Shown here: piece by piece, positions 49,539 through 62,415 of the stretch
Layout: every line of letters starts with the position of its first letter
Position numbering within the stretch: position 1 is the stretch's first letter
Program-made: the position numbers and the translations under genes
The notes under the pieces: generated by a model
What the model saw: only the letters and a program-made list of their open reading frames with translations
The model's database searches: none
Told to the model about the DNA's origin: nothing
Source: Felis catus
Taxonomy: Eukaryota
Length of the DNA: 64,000 bases
Assembly: GCF_018350175.1 (NCBI RefSeq)
Contig: NC_058368.1
Location: 153,018,001 to 153,082,000, forward strand
Reading direction: 5' to 3'

Positions 49539-49853
49539 GTTCTCAAAACAGTTCCATCTTGAACTAGTTAAAATGGCATAATCATCTTTCTCCTAGCCTT
49601 CTCTGCCTGATTCAACCATAGCAGATGCTATCTGCTCTATAGATCATGCAATCTAGGCTCTCTGATACAGATACTTAGGAGTAGAGATTACAGCCAAGTT
49701 CAGCATAATGTTTCCGCTAAAACTAGATTTAAGCTTAGGTACTCTCAGATGCTTGTAGAATGTCTAAGGAGCCAGATGGGAAGAACCACTAATATTATCA
49801 TCTGGGAGAGTTGAATAGTTGAGCTACAAAAAATTTCTGTGACTCCTAAGAAC

Positions 49854-49857
<4 letters not shown>

Positions 49858-49897
<40 letters not shown>

Positions 49898-49906
49898 GTC
49901 TCTCTC
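49858..49906. repeat. (CT)n microsatellite
   Basis: Read directly. Confidence 0.9.
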
Positions 49907-51525
49907 AGCCATGAAAATACGACAAGGGAAAAAAAATTGATTCAGAGTCTCAGTAGAGAGTACCCCTGTACTTTAACATTTAGGGAAAGGAAAACCTCTA
50001 ACTTTTCTAAGTCCTGGATACATTTGGGTTCTTATTTGTGTAACCCCTGTAATCAAGGCTAAATACAGACAGCTGAGTTTGACTTGGCCTGGGTTTTCTT
50101 GAAATGGCTAACATCCATTTATAGGCTCATAAATCCTTCAAGTGTTTCCACTGTGTGGGTTTATGGAACCCCACCCTCGCTTATGAGTAACTAGAATAGG
50201 ATCACAGATAAGCTCGATTACTTGTGGGGAGAATTTTAGGAGTAGATGAATATAGTAATTTAGTTTGCTTAATGTGAGGACTGAATTTGTTCCAACAGGT
50301 TTACAAGTTATAGTTTCAGCATGAAGCATTCTGTGTTGCTATTTTAAGGTGTTACATTAAAAGGAGACAAAAGAGCTAAAAATTACTAAATTTAGGTGTG
50401 AAATCCTGGGACTTTTGAAAGGAAATTAGGGGTCCTATGGATATTTCTATAATTTTTAAACTCCCTGTTGTCTCGGGTCTTACTTCCTTTTTGTGTGAGT
50501 TAAAATAGAAATGATTTCTTTTTCCCTATTGAAGATCCTTCAGATAAACTAAGACCTAGTGATTTTAGAGGGGGATTGATCCTTAAACAGAAACTCTTAT
50601 TTATAAGCAAACTTACATGTTACAGTTTTACAGTTAATAAGCCAGTGTTTAAATATTAAAAACACTCTTGTGATGAAAAACTCTGTAGGGGGTGGGTGGC
50701 TAAACTATGAGATTATTGCAAGCATTTACATGTTCTGAGCCTTTAGATTAACCTGCAGCTCTTCCTGGACAGAAGAGAGGGTGGGACACCTGAGCCCAGG
50801 TTAAAAGTGTGATAGTCTGAAGAAGTGATAAAAGTGAGTTGATAAAGACGTTAATGGGAAACAAGGACCTGATACCAGAAATAGAATTGTTGTTATATAT
50901 TCAGATTAAAAAGGTGTATGTTTTCTCTCCTGATCTTTTGTTTAATTTCTGAGCTAGGGTTAATTTTTCTGGACATTTCAGGGTTTAGTTGCTGGAATAG
51001 TAAGTGAAACACACTTGGAAATGCTTTCTGATATCTGGTATAGAAGCATAAATCATATTCCTACCCATGGTTTCTGTCTCATAATCCCAAAGGGATCCTG
51101 GGCCACACCCAAGCTCCAGGGGTGACTTGATGGCCAGGGGCCACTCTGACTTTCAACAGATTGCAGTGAGGGAGCTACTCTTCTAGGTACAAATTCTTGA
51201 CCCAGAAGCAGGTCACTGAATGGTTTAGCACCAGGTTCTCCATGAATGTGCCTTGTATCTTGGGCTAGGAGGCAGTCCTGTCTCCAACCATGTCCTGTTT
51301 TCTGGGATGAGGGGGTCTCTGCACTGGACCCCTATTCCAACAGCAGGGCCAAAAGGGGACCCGCTATGTGAGGCCAACCAAGGGCTTCCCCACGCTCCTG
51401 TATCCTCCTGCCTGGGAAGGATTCTGAATTAGAGTCATTCAGTCCCACTCCTGCAGAGGGTAACTTCAGCGCATTGGCCCCTCAGCCAAGCACACACACC
51501 AGCGGAAAGCTGTGTAAACCTAGTA

Positions 51526-51985
51526 CAGCTGCCCTCCCTCCAGTTTCTCTTTCTGTGGCTTCAGTCCACCATGGTCCACCCCAGTGTAGAAACGGATGAT
51601 CCTCCTTCTGACATATCATCAGGTTACTAGTAGCCTAACCCTAGATCGCAATGCCTCCATCACTGAGACCTCACTCCATCCCATCAAGTAGGCACTTCAT
51701 CATCTCATATCACAGGAAGAAGGGTGAAAACAGTATAATAAGATATTTTGAGAAAGAGAGTGACGACATTCACATAACTTTTATTATAGTATATTGTTAT
51801 AATTGTTCTATTTTGTTGTTAGTTATTGTTAATCTTTCCCTGTGCCAAATTTGTAAATTAAACTTTATCCGAGGTATGTATGTGTAGGAAAAAACATAGT
51901 ATATTTAGGGTTTGGTACTGTCCATGGTTTCAAGCACCCACTGGAGGTCTTGAACCGTATCCCCATGGATAAGGGCAGACTGCTG
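51526..51985. mobile_element. MER44-like (Tigger/TcMar) non-autonomous DNA transposon
   Basis: TA target duplications (51524-51525 and 51986-51987), degenerate CAG...CTG TIRs (ggataagggcagactgctg), MER44-like internal sequence. Confidence 0.8.
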
Positions 51986-52479
51986 TAGTGATGCATAGGC
52001 CCAGTCCTAACCCAGTTTCTGCACCTAGGACCAAGGGCCCAAGCATGAGGATGTTCTAAAAACTCCCCAGCTGATTCTCACATGCAGCCAGATAATTCCT
52101 CTTCTCTAGACACTCAAGCCTGTAGCATCACTTTGTCTTAGCTGTTTCGTCTCTTGTTGATCTTAGCCATTTCTTCCTTCATGCTCCTAGCCTTGTCTAG
52201 CGTATGATGATTTTGAGACAGAGAAGAACGGCAATGAAACAGAAGGTTTGAGTACTTTCAGTCTAGTTGAAGAAAGGAAGTCCATGTTAATAATACCCTG
52301 TTTTAGAAAGGGAAGCGATCTCTGTATTCCTTGAATTATTTTAGTAGATTAATAAGCCCTAACTCTACTCTCCTTACTCTACCAACATTTAGAGTTTGAG
52401 AACATTATTTTGTTTACAGCCTCTATACATCAGCACTGATTTATTTCTCTCCTGAGATTTTAACTAAAAGTAACTCATT

Positions 52480-52703
52480 GGGGCGCCTGGGTGGCGCAGT
52501 CGGTTAAGCGTCCGACTTCAGCCAGGTCACGATCTCGCGGTCCGTGAGTTCGAGCCCCGCATCGGGCTCTGGGCTGATGGCTCAGAGCCTGGAGCCTGTT
52601 TCCGATTCTGTGTCTCCCTCTCTCTCTGCCCCTCCCCTGTTCATGCTCTGTCTCTCTCTGTCCCAAAAATAAATAAACGTTGAAAAAAAAAATTTAAAAA
52701 AAA
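52480..52703 (+). mobile_element. Young feline SINE (SINEC_Fc-like)
   Basis: CpG-intact ggggcgcctgggtggcgcagtcggttaagcgtccg; TSD taaaagtaactca. Confidence 0.96.
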
Positions 52704-52744
52704 TAAAAGTAACTCAGTTACGTACAGGTTTTTAAAAAAACTTT

Positions 52745-52943
52745 AAATGTTTTTATTTTATTTTGGGGAGAGACAGAGTGGGGGGGGGAGGGGCAGAGAG
52801 AGAGGGAGACACAGAATCTGAAGCAGGCTCGAGGCTCCCAGCTGCCAGCCTAGAGCCTGATGTGGGGCTCAAACCCACGAACCGCAAGATCATTACCTGA
52901 GCCAAAGTCGGATTCTTAACCATTTGAGTCACCCAGGCGCCCC
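52745..52943 (-). mobile_element. CanSINE, tail-to-tail with the previous copy
   Basis: ...cacccaggcgcccc terminus. Confidence 0.92.
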
Positions 52944-54310
52944 AGTTACACACAAATTTTTAGAAACTGAACAACTACACAAAATGATTAAAAGATACAA
53001 AATAAAATTCTTAATCCCTAGAAAATGCCTCTGAATGTGTGCGCATTTCAAAATAAGAGGAACGAGGTCCCACTAAAACTTTTCTTTTTTAGTTTAAAAG
53101 AAAAGTCAGTTTGTTCTCAAAGACGCAAACTACAGCATGGACATTTCCATGGTGTTTAGAATGCTGCTTATTGCATAATGGGCTAAAGAGGGTAAGTCTT
53201 TCCTTTCAATAGAAAGCATGCCCTTTAAATTTTTTGCCGGGCTAAGTGACAGATGAGACAATTTACATCCACTAAAATTTCAGAAACTTGATACAGTAGC
53301 CTTGGCAACAGAATTCTACCAAATGAAAAGCATCAAATTGCACAGAATGGTGTGCACAGCCAGTGGGTCTCCACGTCAACTTCCCTGGGAATTGTGCCAA
53401 GATAAATGGCTTTAAAGTTTCCATTGCTGCTTCTGAATTATAAACTGCAGCTTTTTGAGCTCTTATTAGACTAGGAAAGTTGATTGCCTATTGCAAGCTT
53501 GTCTGACCTACCCTGGCAAACTTGAGACCATCCCCAACCCATCAGAGTAAAAGACCTGCTACACATTAAGTTACAGTATCCCTCCTGTCCTGCGTCATTC
53601 TCCTTCTCCTCTCTGGAGCATTCCCTTGCTCTTCTGTTTTTCCATTTGCTCCTTCTTCTGCGCATAGTCTCCTTCCCCATGCAGACCTCAACTAACTTGC
53701 TTAAAAATCACACAGTTAGTCAGGAACAAAATCAGGAGCTTGCATATTGCAAAAACAAAGTTGCCTAGGGGCACAAGGAAGATTTTGAGGCCATGTCTTA
53801 CCTAAGTCTGATAATGAATCATTTTAATACCAGTTATCAAAAGGGACACATAAGTACCTTTTAAAAGAATTTGGGATTGATTTACAATAAAAAATGTAGT
53901 GTAATTGATTTAATGTGTCACCTTTGTGGACATGTAGTTGGAACAGTGGATATGATTACTTTCGACTACAATCTTTTTTCTGTAGTGAGAGTCATCAAGG
54001 AAAGGCAGGCTCTCAAATAAGATGGCTGTTCTAGCTGATTTCTTAAGAGGGCCATGGGCAAAAGAGAGCCGGTAGTGCATCCTTTCTGCCACGCCTCGGT
54101 ACACCTTCAGAATGGCAACCTGCAAACCAGGGTCCTCACCAGTCAGCAACTACATAGACCCGGATTCTCATTTCCATAGTGGGCCTTTGCATGTATTCCA
54201 GTTATCTCCATTGATAGCCCAGAAGGGGAACTGAAATGACCCTATTTTAGTGGTGCTGTTCCGCTGCAGTTGGTACAGGAAATCTGGATATACTGTTAAA
54301 ACATAAGGCT

Positions 54311-54538
54311 GGGGTGCCTGGGTGACTCAATCACTTAAGCATCTGACTCTTGGTTTTGGCTCAGGTCATGATCTCACAGGTCATGAGTTTGAGCCCGGTG
54401 TCCAGCTCTGTGCTGACAGAGTGAAGCCTCCTTGGAATTCTCTTTTCCTCTCTCTCTGCCCCTCATCTGCTTGTGCTTTCTCTCTCTGTCTCTCAAAATA
54501 AATAAATAAAAACTTTAAAAATAAATAAATTAAAAAAT
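54311..54538 (+). mobile_element. CanSINE
   Basis: ggggtgcctgggtgactcaatc head; A-rich tail. Confidence 0.9.
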
Positions 54539-54714
54539 AAAGCATACTGCATTGAAAAGCTTGGCAGGCTAGCTTAATGCATGAAAGCTCTTCAGTTCTT
54601 AACAGGACAGAGGTGACAATTTTGAAGAATTGGGCACATTATTTTGATGAGTGATAACCAAAGAAATGCCATCTAATAATTATTAATTTAAATATTAGTT
54701 AAATATAATAATTA

Positions 54715-54890
54715 TTATGTGCTTAGTACAAAGCGCTGCTGTGAAGTGCATACGATTATTATCATCTCCATTTTAGAAATGAGAAAACTGAGGCACAAAG
54801 TACCTACGTAAAATTTGCATGCGTAACACAGCCAGCGTGTGGCTTAGCTGGGATGCGAACCTGCTTCAAGGTCTGCTTTAAGGCATGGCC
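54715..54890 (-). mobile_element. MIR
   Basis: attattatcatctccattttagaaatgagaaaactgaggcacaaag. Confidence 0.7.
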
Positions 54891-56435
54891 CTCACAAACA
54901 AGATTACATGTTTGCAAATGCTTTACAGCAGACTGGGTGTGATACCAGCAAATGAAATGTATTTTATTGGAGCAGGGCATAAAACAATGGCCTTTAAAAA
55001 ATAAAACAGCCAAAGATCATAAAACCACTTTGGTGCTTTGTAAATATTAACCAAACTACTATTTTTAAATCCGGCAATTTAATTATTAAATAATACCGTT
55101 TGCTCTCTTGGTACAATGCCTTTTCCCTGTATTTCAACATAAGCCCTGGAAAATGGAAAAATTCAAGATTAAACCTCTGTGTTTGATATTGAGGAGTAGA
55201 AGGAAGTAAGTATACATTACTGGTATACAGTATACAATTTGTATTGGCGTCTCCTTGGATTTCAGTTAATAGAGGGAATGTTTTTAGTGTTGAAGCTCTT
55301 ATTAAGGAGGTTTAATAGCACTTTGAACATGAAAATTCCTGAACTCATAGGCAGCCATCTGTGCTGTAAGTGGATTTTAGGGTGATGCCAGAAACACCTG
55401 GTAGGTGGGGGATGGGAACACTGAAGGCCTCAGTTAAAATGCCTAATCTATCAATAAGAATAAATGTTTTCATAAAAACAAGTTAACCTCAGCTCTTATA
55501 GCATGAGAGTAGGATCAAAAGCCCACAGACTAGGAAACTATTCCTTTCTCTGCCATTAATGAACTGTCTAACTAGAGGAAAGGAACACTCTCAGTTCTTC
55601 ATTTTCCAAACCATAAAATAATTAATGGACTAAATAATGGTTGCTAACCTCTTTGATAATCTAATAAAGCTCAGAACTCACTCTGTTGAGAAATGTGCAG
55701 GCATAAATTCATTGAAGTTCTTGAGCCCCTAAGCCTCATCATAGAACCTAGGTTAAAAACATAGATTAAATCTCACATTCTTTGCAATGCCTCCTTTGGT
55801 GATTCTGTTAATTTGTAATGCTGGCAAGTTGAGATATGGTAGGTGGATTTCCTTGTTCAGGAGCAAGGCAAGGCCTGCCCAGAATATGCAAAGATATGGT
55901 ACCTGTATGAGAAAGGGAGTGAAGAAGGTTATTGGATTAGTTGGAACAGGAGCTCGGTGGAAAGAGGGAAGTTCCTGATGTGAAAAGACTCTGCTCTGTG
56001 CTGAGGACAGACACAGTGACTTGCTGGGGAGGGGACAACAAGGATTTTAAGTTTGTTCTCCTGCTCTAGTATATTGTGCTTTATGCATTGGTCCAGGCCA
56101 TCTAATCAGGATCTCATTAAGGAAAAGCTTAGCATTGTTTGGTTCTCTTTCCCACAGCAGAGCTAAAAGTAAACAGTGGCCAAAGATAAACAAGGAACAC
56201 TGCTTTTTCCTGTGTTGTACAATAGTAAGTCTAATTTATTGACAATATTGTTGCTGTGGCAAATACTGAATCTTACAAAGAACTTTTTAAAGAGCCTGCT
56301 GGTTTCTAAGCTTAACCAAGACAGCCGACTGTCTTTTGTCATTAATAGAATTTGTTTTCTAAATCAGGATTTCTTAAATAACAGTGTGCATGTGTGCCGG
56401 AAGACCAAGAGACTCACTTGCTACTCAGATCCAGG

Positions 56436-56489
56436 GTTTGGTTTGGTTTGGTTTGGTTTGGTTTGGTTTGGTTTGGTTTGGTTTGGTTT
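56436..56489. repeat. (GTTTG)10 microsatellite
   Basis: Read directly. Confidence 0.95.
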
Positions 56490-58062
56490 TGAACTCTCTA
56501 AACCAGTGAATGGCTGCATATCAACTTTTCTCTGCTTTTGTTTCTTGTAAAAAGAAGTAGAAAGACAGATGTATTAATAAAGATCAGCATTGTACCTCCC
56601 TGCTTCTGAATCTGTTTTGAGGCTGTATGGATCATGGTGTGGGGAAGGATTTCTACCCAGATCCTTGACACTATGAACAACTCCACTCTTCCTCCTCTCC
56701 CTCATACCTCGTAATCTACATAAAGCTAGATGGAGGACTTACCCCACAGAACCTAGAGTTCTAAACAGAGTCAAGGCCAGCCTACATTACAGTCCTAGTT
56801 TTTGTAAGAAAATTGTACTTACCAAGATTTGCTTCACCATTCTTTCTTGATTGATTGCTTATTTACTTGTGGCTATCTTTCCAAAAGATTTTAAATTGAC
56901 TTTAATATCCTTAAAGTTGGTTTTAGTATCCTTTTATTTTTCATTTTGTTCGTCTGACCCAGTCTACATCCTGCCCTTAACCTTATTTTCCCAGTAATAA
57001 GGTCTACGTGTACATGACCAGACTTATCTAACACATCGGATGTATCCTAATCATCTGCTGATGCCTTGCCCTGCCCCATTGTTAAGACTTCTCTGTCATC
57101 AAGGACCAATCTCTTTAAGCACAACCTGTTCCAGGCTTATGTCACTGAACATGACTGAGCCAAAGTCCAACAAGTGAAAACATTAGATTTTTTTCCTTAG
57201 TTTTTTTTTTCTCAAAAGAAAAATATACCATAAGCACAGTGCAACTCCCCTTCCTACTCCTCCATATTATAAAGGTTAGTGTGTATCCTTTCCATCCATG
57301 TTTTTATACCCTTCACAAGCCACAGAGTATTAATTTCTGTAAATGTACCTATCCTTCCACAATTTGCTTATTTAATCAACATGTTTATTGTTGATAATGG
57401 TTATTCCAGCTTGATACTTATACCTTTAGTTCACTGATTTAAACTGTTCTTCTGTATGCACAGGTATGAATATGAATATAATGTTATTTATTGCTCCCAT
57501 TTGTTAGCTATCAAGAGATAGACATGGAGATTTCGCCTAATTCTTCTTGTTAGAAACAGTGGTCCAGTGAACATATTTGCATATGTGTGTGTACAAAAAT
57601 TTCTCTGGAACATATAACTAGAAATAAAACTGTTGAACTTCATGTAGACACATCTTAAACAGTAGTCATTAACAAATTGCTCTTGAAAACGGTTGCTGCA
57701 ATTTGTACTATGTGAGACATGTAGGAGCATATCTCCGTAGCTGTGCCAACACTTAGTGCCTTGTCCTTGCAGATTATTGTCCATTTTTCTAATAGATTGA
57801 TAGTCTTTTTCTTATTGATTTGTGGGAGTTTATATAACTTTTTTCATGATAGTGACAATTTTTCAATTAAATGTGTTGCAAATTATAAGGTTCTAGTTTG
57901 TCCTGCCTTTTGAGTTTTATGTATCAGATGAAGTATTCAAGTTGCTGTAGTCATATTAACCAAATTTTTCCTTTAACGTTTACATTTCAGTACCTTGCTT
58001 AAGAAAAAAAACTATCCCAACATCATAATCTCTTACAATGTCTTTTAAAATGTTTGAACTTT

Positions 58063-58302
58063 TGGGGCGCCTGGGTGGCGCAGTCGGTTAAGCGTCCGAC
58101 TTCAGCCAGGTCACGATCTCGCGGTCCATGAGTTCGAGCCCCGCGTCAGGCTCTGGGCTGATGGCTCAGAGCCTGGAGCCTGTTTCCGATTCTGTGTCTC
58201 CCTCTCTCTGCCCCTCGCCCGTTCATGCTCTGTCTCTCTCTGTCCCAAAAATAAATAAACGTTGAAAAAAATTTTTTTTAAAAATAATAAAATAAAAAAA
58301 AA
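58063..58302 (+). mobile_element. Young feline SINE (SINEC_Fc-like)
   Basis: Perfect TSD taaaatgtttgaacttt (58046-58062 and 58303-58319) at a TT/AAAA site; CpGs intact. Confidence 0.97.
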
Positions 58303-58906
58303 TAAAATGTTTGAACTTTCACTTTTTCCATTTAGATGTTTTATTCATCTGAAATGTATTTTCACTGGTAGTGTCAAGTAGGGGTCTATTTTTTTAAAAA
58401 ATAGTAACGTATTGTGTCAATACCATCTATTGAGTAATGTATTCTTCCCCTATTTATGTGTCATATACTAAAATTCCATTCGCGTGTGGGTAGTCTTTTC
58501 CTTCTGTTCCATTTGCTTATTTCTATACTAAGACTATAATTGTTTAATTGCTATTTTTCTCCTTTAATCTGTTAATGATGACATTATATTGATAGGTATC
58601 CTCATGTAAAGCCATCTTTGATGTACTTGGATAAACAATACTTTGTTTTAGTCCACTCCTAGATTCAAATTGCTAATATTTAATTTAGGTTTTTTTTTTC
58701 CATGCATATCCATAAGCAAGATTGGTTTGTACTGATTGTTTTCATACATTTCTGATCTTCTGGGATCCAAATTATGGCATCATCAAAAAATGAGGTTGAG
58801 AACTTTCTATTTTATGATATAATTTATATAAGATGGAGTTATCTTTTTTATAAAGGTTTAACACTCACCTGTAACCCCTTATTGACCTGAAGATATGGAG
58901 TGAGGG

Positions 58907-59176
58907 TTTTTTTAATGTTTGTTTGTTTATTTATTTTTGAGAGAGAGACTGCACACATAGGTGCATGTACAAACGCGCATAGGTGCATGTACAAACGCGC
59001 ACATGTGCAAGTAGGGGAAGTGTGGAGGGAGAGGGAGCAGGAGGCAGAGAGAGAATCCCAAGCACAATCAGTGCAGAGTAGTAGCGGGGCTCCAACTCAC
59101 CCACAGTCCATCAGATCATGAGCCGAGCTGAAATCAAGAGGCAGACGCTTAACCAGCTGAGCCACCCAGGGGCGCC
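58907..59176 (-). mobile_element. CanSINE containing a 22-bp tandem duplication
   Basis: SINE head at right; duplication at 58956-58999. Confidence 0.88.
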
Positions 59177-59359
59177 TGGAGGGAGTTTTTACTCTAATTT
59201 CTTCAGTAGTTTTTGGTGTATTCACATTTTGTATTTTTATTGAGTCACTTTTGGTATTTTTTTCTAGAACATTTATTTCATCTAAATTTCAAAAATTTTT
59301 GCATAAAATGCTTTGTATTATTTTCTTATATCTAAAGTCATATCCCTCTTTTCATTCTT

Positions 59360-60630
59360 TTTTTTTCCTTCCAAGATTGTGTTTAATTTTTTTTTTTAAT
59401 GTTTATTTATTTTTAAGAGAGAGACAGAATGCAAGTTGGTTAGGGGCAGAGAGAGAGGGAGACACAGAAGCAGAAGCAGGCTCCAGGCTCTGAGCTGTCA
59501 GCACAGAGCCTGATGCAGGGCTTGAACTCGCAAGCTGTGAGATCATGACCTGAGCCGAAGTCGGACGCTCAACCAACTGAGCCACCCTGGCGCCCCAGTT
59601 CCAAGATTTGTTTAAATTCAAGTTTGTTAACGTATAGTATAGTATTGGTTTCAGGAGTAGAATTTAGTGATTCATCACTTACATACAACACCCAGTGCTC
59701 ATCCCAACAAGTGCCCTCTTTAATACCCATCACCCATTTAGCCCATCCCCCCACACACCTCCCCTCCAGCAACCCTCAGTTTGTTCTCTACAATTAAGAG
59801 TTTCTTATGGTTTACCTCCCTCCCTGTTTTTACCTTATTTTATTTTTCCTTCCCTTCTCCTATATTCATCTTTTTGTTTCTTTAATTCCACATATGCATG
59901 ACATCATATGGTATTTGTCTTTCTTTGACTGACTTATTTTACATAGTGTAATATGCTCTACTTCTATCCACATTGTTGCAAATGGCAAGATTTCATTCTT
60001 TTTCGTGGATGAGTAATATTCCATTGCATATATGTCTCACGTCTTCTTTATCCATTCATCAGTCAGTGGACATTTGGGCTCTTTCCATAATTTGGCTATT
60101 GTTGGTAGTACTGCTATACACATTGGGGTGCATGTGCCCCTTCGAATCAGTACTTTTTTATCCTTTGGCAAATAGCTAGTAGTGCAATTGCTGGATCATA
60201 GGGTTCCTCTGTCTTTAATTTCCTGAGGAACCTCCACACTCTTTTCTAGCATGGCTGCACCAGTTTGCATTCCCACCAACAGTGTAAGAGGGTCCTCCTT
60301 ACTCTGTGTCCTCACCAACATCTGTTGTTGTCTGAGTTGTTACTTTTAGCCATTTTGACAGGTGTGGTATCTTATTGTGGTTTTGATTTGTATTTCTCTG
60401 ATAATGAGTGATGTTGAGCATTTTTTCATGTGTCTGTTAGCCATTTGTAGGTTTTCTTTGAAGAAATGTCTGTTCATGTCTTCTGCCCATTTTTTTTTTA
60501 ATTTGGGGGTGTTGAGTTTGATAAGTTCTTTATAGATTTTGAAGACTAGTCCTTTAGCCAATATGTCATTTGCAAATATCTTCTCTCATTCCGTAGGTTG
60601 CCTTTCAGTTTTGTTGATTGTTTCCTTTGT
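59360..60630 (-). mobile_element. 5'-truncated carnivore L1 with a CanSINE (59387-59596, -) inserted in its tail
   Basis: L1 3' UTR and ORF2 remnants ([11 protein letters not shown]...[13 protein letters not shown]); probable L1 TSD ttttcattctt (59349-59359 and 60636-60646); SINE TSD ttccaagatt. Confidence 0.9.
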
Positions 60631-61016
60631 CCGTTTTTTCATTCTTAACATTGTTCTTATGCCTTATTTCTTTTTAATGATCAATAATGCCAATGATAGT
60701 TTCTTTTCAAAGAAGTAGTTTTTAAACCATACCTTCATTCATGTGATCAATAAACTTCATTGAGTAACTGCTGTATGCCATGTTCTGCTCTAAGTGACTG
60801 GGGTCAGGGTGAAAATAGTGAAAAATAAGTAGATACTTAGATCCCTGCTCTTGTGGAGTTTATGAGGGAAAGACAAAAAAAACATTAAGTATAATTAATT
60901 ATATGGGACATTATAAGATACAAAATGCTATGGGAAAGATAGGGCAAGGTGACCAGGATCAGAAGTGTTACAGGGTATGAAAGGACATGTGGGTCACCAT
61001 TTTAAAGAAGGTTTTT

Positions 61017-62415
61017 TTTTTTATTTTTTTTATATGAAATTTATTGACAAATTGGTTTCCATACAACACCCAGTGCTCATCCCAAAAGGTGCCCTCCTCA
61101 ATACCCATCACCCACCCTCTCCTCCCTCCCACCCCCCATCAACCCTCAGTTTGTTCTCAGTTTTTAAGAGTATCTTATGCTTTGGCTCTCTCCCACTCTA
61201 ACCTGTTTGTTTTTTTTTTTCCTTCCCCTCCCCCATGGGTTCCTGTTAAGTTTCTCAGGGTCCACAAAAGAGTGAAACCATATGGTATCTGTCTTTCTCT
61301 GTATGGCTTATTTCACTTAGCATCACACTCTCCAGTTCCATCCACGTTGCTACAAAAGGCCATATTTCATTTTTTCTCATTGCCACGTAATATTCCATTG
61401 TGTATATAAACCACAATTTCTTTATCCATTCATCAGTTGATGGACATTTAGGCTCTTTCCATAATTTGGCTATTGTTGAGAGTGCTGCTGTGAACATTGG
61501 GGTACAAGTGGCCCTATGCATCAGTACTCCTGTATCCCTTGGATAAATTCCTAGCAGTGCTATTGCTGGGTCATAGGGTAGGTCTATTTTTAATTTTCTG
61601 AGCAACCTCCACACTGCTTTCCAGAGCGGCTGCACCAATTTGCATTCCCACCAACAGTGCAAGAGGGTTCCCGTTTCTCCACATCCTCTCCAGCATCTAT
61701 AGTCTCCTGATTTGTTCATTTTGGCCACTCTGACTGGCGTGAGGTGATCCCTGAGTGTGGTTTTGATTTGTATTTCCCTGATAAGGAGCGACGCTGAACA
61801 TCTTCTCATGTGCCTGTTGGCCATCCGGATGTCTTCTTTAGAGAAGTGTCTATTCATGTTTTCTGCCCATTTCTTCACTGGGTTATTTGTTTTTCGGGTG
61901 TGGAGTTTGGTGAGCTCTTTATAGATTTTGGATACTAGCCCTTTGTCCGATATGTCGTTTGCGAATATCTTTTCCCATTCCGTTGGTTGCCTTTTAGTTT
62001 TGTTGGTTGTTTCCTTTGCTGTGCAGAAGCTTTTTATCTTCATAAGGTCCCAGTAATTCACTTTTGATTTTACTTCCCTTGCCTTTGGGGATGTGTCGAG
62101 TAAGAGATTGCTACGGCTGAGGTCAGAGAGGTCTTTTCCTGCTTTCTCCTCTAAGGTTTTGATGGTTTCCTGTCTCACATTTAGGTCCTTTATCCATTTT
62201 GAGTTTATTTTTGTGAATGGTGTGAGAAAGTGGTCTAGTTTCAACCTTCTGCATGTTGCTGTCCAGTTCTCCCAGCACCATTTGTTAAAGAGGCTGTCTT
62301 TTTTCCATTGGATGTTCTTTCCTGCTTTGTCAAAGATGAGTTGGCCATACGTTTGTGGGTCTAGTTCTGGGGTTTCTATTCTATTCCATTGGTCTATGTG
62401 TCTGTTTTTGTGCCA
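61017..62415 (-). mobile_element. Young feline LINE-1, 5'-truncated (1.4 kb)
   Basis: Perfect 15-bp TSD ttaaagaaggttttt (61002-61016 and 62416-62430), TT/AAAA endonuclease site on the - strand, poly(A) tail. Confidence 0.97.
61255..62415 (-). pseudogene. L1 ORF2p C-terminal 386 codons, uninterrupted but lacking a start, EN and RT
   Basis: Frame open from the truncation point ([14 protein letters not shown]...) through the CCHC knuckle ([18 protein letters not shown]) to the stop at 61255. Confidence 0.93.

Larger units (their letters stand above)
57200..59340 (-). mobile_element. Very old L1 (L1ME-like) remnants hosting two SINEs
   Basis: ttttcttattgatttgtgggagttt; gattcaaattgctaatatt; T-rich L1 antisense texture. 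Confidence 0.55.

Noticed and set aside
53960..54290. GC-richer exon-like stretch after ttttttctgtAG
   Set aside because: The + strand frames I translated close quickly and show no ADGRV1-like peptide; no support beyond composition.
2120..59621. Many 60-100 aa ORFs beginning MAQSVKHLT... or similar
   Set aside because: Recurrent translations of CanSINE bodies, not a protein family.
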